A stretch of DNA of 13,160 nt from Candidatus Nanohaloarchaea archaeon. Its GTDB lineage: Archaea > Nanohalarchaeota > Nanosalinia > Nanosalinales > Nanosalinaceae. The notes beneath the pieces are model-generated. The model saw only the letters and a list, made by a program, of their open reading frames with translations, did not search any database and was not told where the DNA came from. Positions 7,720 through 13,160 of the stretch are shown here, in pieces; position 1 is the stretch's first letter; each line of letters begins with the position of its first letter. Location of the stretch: the NCBI GenBank assembly GCA_046497485.1, contig JAWOFP010000052.1, positions 1 to 13,160 of the forward strand. Direction: 5' to 3'. The position numbers were made by a program, and so were the translations under genes.

Positions 7720-7721
7720 AT

Positions 7722-9173
7722 ATGTCTGAGAGTTATGACCTTCCAGAACCTCTAGACGAATCTGATTACGAAGAGATTCATGAAGACGATATCGTAGGCC
7801 TTGAGCACACCAGAGACTTTGTCGACAAGTTTGCCACCTACGTGAATAATATTGATTACTTCCAAGAACAGGATGCGGAATTCCCTTCAGGTGTAGTCTT
7901 TGTTGGTAAACGTGGTACCGGTAAGACCATGATGTCACGGTACGCTGCGACACAGGCAGATGCAGCATTTATAGATGCCCAACAGTTCGACTGGAACGAA
8001 AGGAATCCTACAAACGAGGTCGATGAAGTCTACGAGGCAGCTACAGATTACTTCGATGAAACAGGAAATCCTATCCTGCTTTTCCAAGACGAATTCGATG
8101 ACGTCTTCGATATAAATGGGCACAGTAAAAGCGATCAGGCAACAAAACTAATGCAACAGCTTTCAGGCGCAAAAGGATCCAGTTCTCCCGGAGTCTTCTT
8201 CATGGGAACAGCAAACGAGATACCTTCAAACTCCAACGACTCAGATAGAGCACTCTTCAGGAAAGGTCGTCTAGAGGATTATCACTTCTCCACCCCTTCA
8301 CTGGAACAGCGCGAACAATTAATTGAACACTACGTCGACAGAAAATACGATGAACACAATGTTGACGCAGAGTCACTAGCCATGATGTTTAACGACCAGT
8401 CAACACCTGCCGAGATAGAAGCCCTGGTCAACCAGGCCTATACCAACGCATTGATGAGACAGGACATGGAATTAGACGGCTCGGAACTAGAAGTAACTAC
8501 AGAAGATCTGGCGCAGGAACTAGTCCAGGACAAACTAAAACAGAAAAACGACGTCAGCCGGAGCAAAGAAGAAAGAGAGAAGACAGCAGTACACGAAGCT
8601 GGACACTACCACGTAGCTGACGAGGTAGGGATCGGAACACCGATCGTAACCATAGAGCCACAGATAGAATCACTAGGCCAGACATACCTGGTGGACCCAA
8701 GCACAGGGATGGACTTCGACAGAGGCCTTGAATACGCAGCAACAATGTTAGCTGGATACGTAGCCGAGAAAAGAAAAGGATACGACCCAATGGGAGGCCT
8801 CAGCGGAGACCTCAAGAAAACAGACAATTTGACAAAACAGATGGAAAAAGTCATGGATGTAGATACCTTCTACCACAACTTTGTGGACGGGGACGGAGAA
8901 CCCAATATCGAATCCATGGTTGACAGGAGCGAAGTCAACGATCTGATGCAGAACCTATCGGATGACCAGGAACAGTTCGGAGAACTCATGGAAAGTCTAA
9001 ACATCCTTAACTCTGCAGACCGAGGAAAACTGCCCGTAGGGCAGTCCGCAGTAAAGGTAGCAGCCCTCCAGAGAGCCAACGAAATCCTCGAGGAAAAAGA
9101 GGAAAACGGAGAATTCGACCAGACAGTAAACACTCTTTTAGAAGAGGAAACAGTACTTGGAGAAAAACTCTGA
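7722..9173 (+). CDS. Soluble FtsH-like AAA+ ATPase / M41 zinc metalloprotease
   Basis: Walker A GKRGTGKT, Walker B LLFQDE, SRH GTAN...DRALFRKGRL, lid TPAEIEALVNQA, AVHEAGH, SLGQT, LAGYVAE (cf. GGRAAE), GLSGDL (cf. GASND). There is no TM segment. Confidence 0.9.
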   Translation: MSESYDLPEPLDESDYEEIHEDDIVGLEHTRDFVDKFATYVNNIDYFQEQDAEFPSGVVFVGKRGTGKTMMSRYAATQADAAFIDAQQFDWNERNPTNEVDEVYEAATDYFDETGNPILLFQDEFDDVFDINGHSKSDQATKLMQQLSGAKGSSSPGVFFMGTANEIPSNSNDSDRALFRKGRLEDYHFSTPSLEQREQLIEHYVDRKYDEHNVDAESLAMMFNDQSTPAEIEALVNQAYTNALMRQDMELDGSELEVTTEDLAQELVQDKLKQKNDVSRSKEEREKTAVHEAGHYHVADEVGIGTPIVTIEPQIESLGQTYLVDPSTGMDFDRGLEYAATMLAGYVAEKRKGYDPMGGLSGDLKKTDNLTKQMEKVMDVDTFYHNFVDGDGEPNIESMVDRSEVNDLMQNLSDDQEQFGELMESLNILNSADRGKLPVGQSAVKVAALQRANEILEEKEENGEFDQTVNTLLEEETVLGEKL

Positions 9174-9259
9174 GAGAATAACGAAAATAATTCTCCGGCC
9201 TCTGAACCCACTTAATCTAACCATAAGAGTTCTTATACCAGACTCAACTATTTTCTGTT

Positions 9260-9388
9260 ATGGACATAAATGGACGTAGAACTGATCAACTCTTCCGGAT
9301 ATCCGGCGGATTTGTCTTGGTGGGCCTGGCAGTAAATGCTGTGATAGATACCCGTGTACCAGAGATTTATGCCACTGTACCGAGGTAA
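9260..9388 (+). pseudogene. Truncated DUF2892 paralog (42 aa)
   Basis: MDINGRRTDQLFRISGGFVLVGLAVNAVIDTRVPEIYATVPR* aligns with 831-1058 (M..N...TDQ..R, hydrophobic helix, PEIY) but lacks the second helix and the Cys motif. TTATA lies about 25 bp upstream. Below the ORF-track cutoff. Confidence 0.6.
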
Positions 9389-9415
9389 ACAAATCATGCA
9401 TGACAACTTAACCTG

Positions 9416-9763
9416 TTATTCAAGATACTCGTTAACGAACTCTTCAAGATCTTTCCGGCCCGGCTCCGGAACCACCGGATATTTCTGAAGATCTCTGGAA
9501 AGTACAGGGTTTTCTCTTTTCTCTTCCCTCCAGGCGGAATAAAGAGCCTTAGTATCTGCCTCGAAACGATCTAAAATATCGGGACCCAGCCTTCCATCCC
9601 CCAGAAAAAATCTGGAGAGGACAACATCATAATTACCAGCCACTTCCCCGGTATCCAGATCTGAAACACTGTATATATCTACATCTCCTGATGTATTCGA
9701 ACTGTAAAATTCCTTCATTCCATGAAATGCCTCATTCCCGGGTTCGTCTAACAGAAATTTCAT
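9416..9763 (-). CDS. Degenerate stand-alone receiver (CheY-like) domain protein, paralog of 10687-11046
   Basis: YDVVLSRFFLGDGRLGPDILDRFEADTKALYSAW aligns with the paralog. The phosphoacceptor position is Arg and the conserved Lys is Glu (VPEP). Confidence 0.7.
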   Translation of the reverse strand: MKFLLDEPGNEAFHGMKEFYSSNTSGDVDIYSVSDLDTGEVAGNYDVVLSRFFLGDGRLGPDILDRFEADTKALYSAWREEKRENPVLSRDLQKYPVVPEPGRKDLEEFVNEYLE

Positions 9764-9968
9764 ATCCTCAGTCTATCTAAGAGTACTGAAAATTCAAACT
9801 CTGAAATAACCTCTGATTCCAGACAGTACCAGAGAAATCTAAAAACCAGGGGCTGGATCAATCTTTCCTATCTCATAACCTCATAACGCCTCAAAACCGA
9901 GATATTACCTCCTGTATCTGCAGAAACACTGTCTCAATGATCAGGCCTTGTAATTCTGAGGCCTGAAG

Positions 9969-10631
9969 TTACCTGAACATGTGATAGAAGGCATTGAAGT
10001 ACGCTGAAAATGTCTTTCTTCTGCCTTTCCTTACGGTTTGTTCCATGGTCTCTTTTACGTTTTCTGTGATTCCTTCTCCGTGTCCGCAGAAGATCCTCTC
10101 AGGTTCAAACTCCAGAAGCTTCTTGGGAGGATTCAAACGGTACAAAGGATTCATACCCAGTTTTTCTCCACGACCTCTAAGATGTTTCGTTGTTCCCAGT
10201 GCATCAGCCACGATCAAAGTCCTGCTATCATCGTTGTAGAGAGCTGCTTCGTTAGCCATCCTGGATTCAACGACTGTATGGATCTCCCAGTCCGTACCCG
10301 GAACATTACCTGATATTTTCTCAACCTCTGCATCTAGCTCTCTTCCAAACCATTCAGGTACGTAGACAGGACAGTCATATCTTTCAGCCAGTTTTTCACT
10401 ATCACGTTCATGCCGTTCGAAAAGCAGTAAAATGCCTTTGACCTCTCCAAAATCATCGATTTTCTGATCAAGGTTTTGTGCATCTAAAGGATCAACCAGG
10501 TAAATACCGTCATCCACGAACGCATGAGAAGTCCTTTTCATCTTTTCCTCAGGCCTTCCTATCCAGCCAAAACCTTTCTCCCACTCATCAACGAACTCTG
10601 CATCTCTCAACTCTTCGACCTTGATACTCAT
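9969..10631 (-). CDS. Metallo-beta-lactamase-fold protein with a degenerate metal motif
   Basis: M.R.SHA, LVDP, LFERHERD (in place of HxHxDH), LIVADAL, FCGHG. Confidence 0.8.
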   Translation of the reverse strand: MSIKVEELRDAEFVDEWEKGFGWIGRPEEKMKRTSHAFVDDGIYLVDPLDAQNLDQKIDDFGEVKGILLLFERHERDSEKLAERYDCPVYVPEWFGRELDAEVEKISGNVPGTDWEIHTVVESRMANEAALYNDDSRTLIVADALGTTKHLRGRGEKLGMNPLYRLNPPKKLLEFEPERIFCGHGEGITENVKETMEQTVRKGRRKTFSAYFNAFYHMFR

Positions 10632-10686
10632 GGGAAAAATTTTAGATACTTATACTGAAGAACCTTTCCAGACAGCTATACATCAT

Positions 10687-11046
10687 CTACCGGGGAACCA
10701 GTTCCTCCTGAACTACCTTTTCCAGATCCAAATACTCTCTCGGTTTCTGGATCACCTGATACCGGTCCAAGCCCTCCTGGATTTCAGGATAATCAACTGC
10801 CTCATCACGGCTCCATACAGTATAAAGAGCTTTATTATCCGCCTTGAACTGATCTAGTACATCAGGGCCTCTCACTCCATCTTCCAGTACAAGCTCGGAG
10901 ATAACTGTATCATAATCCTCTCTTACCTCCTCGATATCAATTTCCGAGGCATGTTCGACATCAACTTCAGCATCAGTGAATGAATTGTAAAGCTCATCCA
11001 TCTCTTCAAGTGAATTACGCGGACTTTCAACAACTAAAATTTTCAT
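10687..11046 (-). CDS. Stand-alone receiver (CheY-like) domain with Glu at the phosphoacceptor site
   Basis: MKILVVE, YDTVISE-LVLEDG..G.D.L, LYT, IQKP give the REC topology. An alternative start is ATG 11055. Confidence 0.75.
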   Translation of the reverse strand: MKILVVESPRNSLEEMDELYNSFTDAEVDVEHASEIDIEEVREDYDTVISELVLEDGVRGPDVLDQFKADNKALYTVWSRDEAVDYPEIQEGLDRYQVIQKPREYLDLEKVVQEELVPR

Positions 11047-11148
11047 AATATTCATTCAGGGAGAAACAAATAAATTGATTTAACCCTTTTAGACACATTT
11101 TTTCCCTATTTGAATACAGAATTTAATTATTTTAGATGTAATATATGA

Positions 11149-12075
11149 TTATTCCGGGATTTTGAATTTTAAACCGGTTAATTCTTCACTTCTTTCCCAA
11201 AGCTTCTTTGCATCATCCTCGTTTTGAGAGGCCTCTGATGATCCCTGTTTTTCCGGGTATCCTCTAGCATGTTTGAAGCCGTCAGGTCCGATGTACTCTC
11301 CTCCTTGTATTTGTTCTGAGGTGGCCGCATAAAGCATTGGGAGACATCCCTTACTTGGTGATTGACCAAAAATTTTGCTGATCATTTGACCGAGGTAAAG
11401 TTTGATTTTTGAATGCTCCATCTTCGGCCCTATTTTAAACAGGTTAGTATCTGATATTCCTGGATGACAGGCGACAGATTCTACATCAATATCTTTGTCT
11501 TCTAATCTTCTGTTTAGTTCGTAGGTGAACAAGAGGTTCGCAAGTTTACTCTGACCGTACGCACCCCATTTGGAATAATTTTTTTCACCCATCAGATCAT
11601 CGAAATCAATTTCACCGTCTTCATGCGCCATAGAGCTCTGATTGACAATTCTGCCACTGGACTCTACAATTAGATCAATTAAATGTGCCGTCAACGCAAA
11701 ATGGCCGAGATGGTTTACTCCCAGCTGCATTTCGAAGCCATCTTCAGTTTCTCTTCGAGGTAAAGCCATCAAACCCGCATTATTGCAAAGTATGTAAAGA
11801 GAATCATGCTTTTGTTTAAACTCTTCAGAGAAGGATTTTACAGACTCCAAATCAGAAAGATCAAGCTCCATAACTTCAAGATCAGGCTCATCCAACTCCT
11901 TTTCAATTTCTTCTTTGGCCTTTTCAGCCTTATGTAAGCTTCTACATGCCATTACAACATTTGCTCCGTTTTCAGCAAATTTTTTGGTGGCTGAAAATCC
12001 AAGTCCGGAATTAGCTCCAGTAATTACAACTATCTCATTTTCTAATTCTCCGATTTCACTGGCAGTCCAACTCAT
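11149..12075 (-). CDS. Short-chain dehydrogenase/reductase (retinol dehydrogenase-like subgroup)
   Basis: TGANSGLG, NNAG, GFE.QLGVNHLGHF, YGQSKLAN, HPG, AKKLWE.SE.LTG. Confidence 0.95.
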   Translation of the reverse strand: MSWTASEIGELENEIVVITGANSGLGFSATKKFAENGANVVMACRSLHKAEKAKEEIEKELDEPDLEVMELDLSDLESVKSFSEEFKQKHDSLYILCNNAGLMALPRRETEDGFEMQLGVNHLGHFALTAHLIDLIVESSGRIVNQSSMAHEDGEIDFDDLMGEKNYSKWGAYGQSKLANLLFTYELNRRLEDKDIDVESVACHPGISDTNLFKIGPKMEHSKIKLYLGQMISKIFGQSPSKGCLPMLYAATSEQIQGGEYIGPDGFKHARGYPEKQGSSEASQNEDDAKKLWERSEELTGLKFKIPE

Positions 12076-12286
12076 ATCTGTAAATTATATTGTGATTGAT
12101 TTAATTATGAATGATTATACCTGAACTAAACCTCTTAAACAATGGATTCAGCGATTAATTATCTATGTTTCTAAAAAGAGCAAAAATTTAGAACCGGACT
12201 TTACCTAAAAAATTTAGCTTCCTGTAGGCTATGTAAAAGGACTAAGCTTCGTTCTTTTTGAGCTTAGATGGGTTTATATGGGTTAT

Positions 12287-12502
12287 TTATTCGCCACCTG
12301 AAAAATATGATACCCCGCCTCCAGTTAATGTGAAGTATCCTGTGAAAAATGCTGTTGCAGCTACAGCGACTAATGTGAAGGTTATATCTACAGTTCCTGA
12401 GCCCAGAAGAAAGATTCCATAGGTTATCGGTACAGATATTACAGCATTGATTAAGCCTTCTAAAGCGCCGTCTTTCATTTCATCTAGATCTGAAGCATAC
12501 AT
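12287..12502 (-). CDS. Small two-TM membrane protein
   Basis: 71-aa ORF with two hydrophobic helices. No family recognised. Confidence 0.65.
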   Translation of the reverse strand: MYASDLDEMKDGALEGLINAVISVPITYGIFLLGSGTVDITFTLVAVAATAFFTGYFTLTGGGVSYFSGGE

Positions 12503-12625
12503 ATTTCTTACTGGTTATCTGAAGCATAAAAATCAGACTGATTTATTGTTTGCATTTTCAGCAGATAGATTTCATTTCGAAGATCTGTCAATAAACTTCA
12601 AAGCTATGTAAATTAAAGTATATAC

Positions 12626-12856
12626 ATGCCTGAGCTTGATGAGAATGAGGTAATAGAAAAGGCAGATTTTGCCGATAAAAGGGATCTGGCAAAGGAGTTT
12701 GATACCTCTGTAGAAAATGTAGAGGAACTGCTTTCAGATCAAGGCTTTTCGACTCTAAAGGATTTCTCAGATGAAAAAGAGGTACAGAAGACTCTAGATC
12801 TCAATTACGAGATTAAGGAACTGGAAAAACGCAAACTACAGAGCATATTTAGATAA
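12626..12856 (+). CDS. Small acidic hypothetical protein
   Basis: ATG start with host-like acidic composition; possible helix-turn-helix-like segment (DLAKEFDTSVENVEELL). Confidence 0.65.
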   Translation: MPELDENEVIEKADFADKRDLAKEFDTSVENVEELLSDQGFSTLKDFSDEKEVQKTLDLNYEIKELEKRKLQSIFR

Positions 12857-13004
12857 AAATAGCAGTTTTCATTATAGGCAGAGTCAAAGAGCTCCTGAAG
12901 TCTACTATGAGTTCTTTGTTTTCCTCGCGGATCTTATCAGAGTTTTGAATGTTGTCGACTGCTGTTTCAAGCCGTTGTTTGTAATGGCGGTGGTCTTCTG
13001 TCAT
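12849..13004 (-). pseudogene. Truncated archaeal tyrosine-integrase N-terminus (51 aa)
   Basis: MTEDHRHYKQRLETAVDNIQNSDKIREENKELIVDFRSSLTLPIMKTAIFI*. The H.Y..RLE......I.EENKELI.DF pattern is typical of archaeal integrase starts. It begins about 92 bp after the tRNA-Leu 3' end. Not in the ORF track. Confidence 0.65.
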
Positions 13005-13095
13005 TTTTTGCGTTTCACTTTTGAGATAGTTCAGAACTTCTGAATGACCACTTTAAACACCGCGAATCGGTGCCGCACATGAGTAAAAGGAGTTG

Positions 13096-13160
13096 TGCGG
13101 GGGACAAGATTCGAACTTGCGAACGGCTACCCGACTGGCTCCTAAAGCCAGCGCCTTTGA
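13096..13160 (-). tRNA. tRNA-Leu(UAG), 5' end outside the window
   Basis: Reverse complement ...TCAAAGGCG CTGGC-TTTAGGA-GCCAG, long variable arm TCGGGTAGCCGTTC, GCAAG-TTCGAAT-CTTGT, CCCCCGC-A. Confidence 0.95.

Noticed and set aside
7705..9211. ORFs 7705-7968, 7935-8123, 8554-8790, 8606-8854, 8870-9211
   Set aside because: Antisense to the AAA+/M41 gene, with no motifs and non-host composition.
9880..9966. CTCATAAC tandem, a TCCTGTATC match to the 2382-2408 palindrome arm, and a TCAGGCCT/AGGCCTGA hairpin
   Set aside because: Short matches compatible with chance; the hairpin follows trivially from two nearby AGGCCT sites.
9994..12124. ORFs 9994-10239, 10038-10313, 10621-10857, 11178-11369, 11915-12124
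   Set aside because: Antisense or out-of-frame overlaps with the MBL, receiver and SDR genes.
743..13095. Whole inter-tRNA interval as one genomic island or provirus; CRISPR array
   Set aside because: No duplicated tRNA-Leu 3' end was found by eye, it contains housekeeping-like genes (mat, HTH-CBS) rich in the host AGGCCT signal, and there are no virion genes or regularly spaced repeats.

Overview
Archaeal chromosomal segment, most likely from a nanohaloarchaeon (DPANN). This is inferred from very acidic proteins at moderate/low GC, an archaeal-type SAM synthetase, GGTGA-type SD sites and tRNAs without encoded CCA. The window runs from tRNA-Pro(UGG) (670-742, -) to a partial tRNA-Leu(UAG) (13096-13160, -). 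Each tRNA is followed by a decayed integrase start that the ORF track misses. At tRNA-Pro the integrase N-terminus is fused in-frame to the C-terminal half of an Orc1/Cdc6 protein. Between the tRNAs lie: a DUF2892 membrane protein, a VRR-NUC nuclease with an AbrB-like tail, a hairpin-rich 540-bp intergenic region, an SPFH/stomatin protein without a TM anchor, a DUF3793-like protein, an HTH-CBS regulator divergent from mat, small membrane/hypothetical genes, a truncated type IIG-like R-M gene, a soluble FtsH-like AAA+/M41 protease with a palindromic operator candidate, a truncated second DUF2892, two paralogous pseudo-receiver domains flanking an MBL-fold gene, and an SDR. The palindrome AGGCCT is strongly over-represented (about 40 copies by manual count). 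All family assignments come from motif recognition by eye; no database searches were run.
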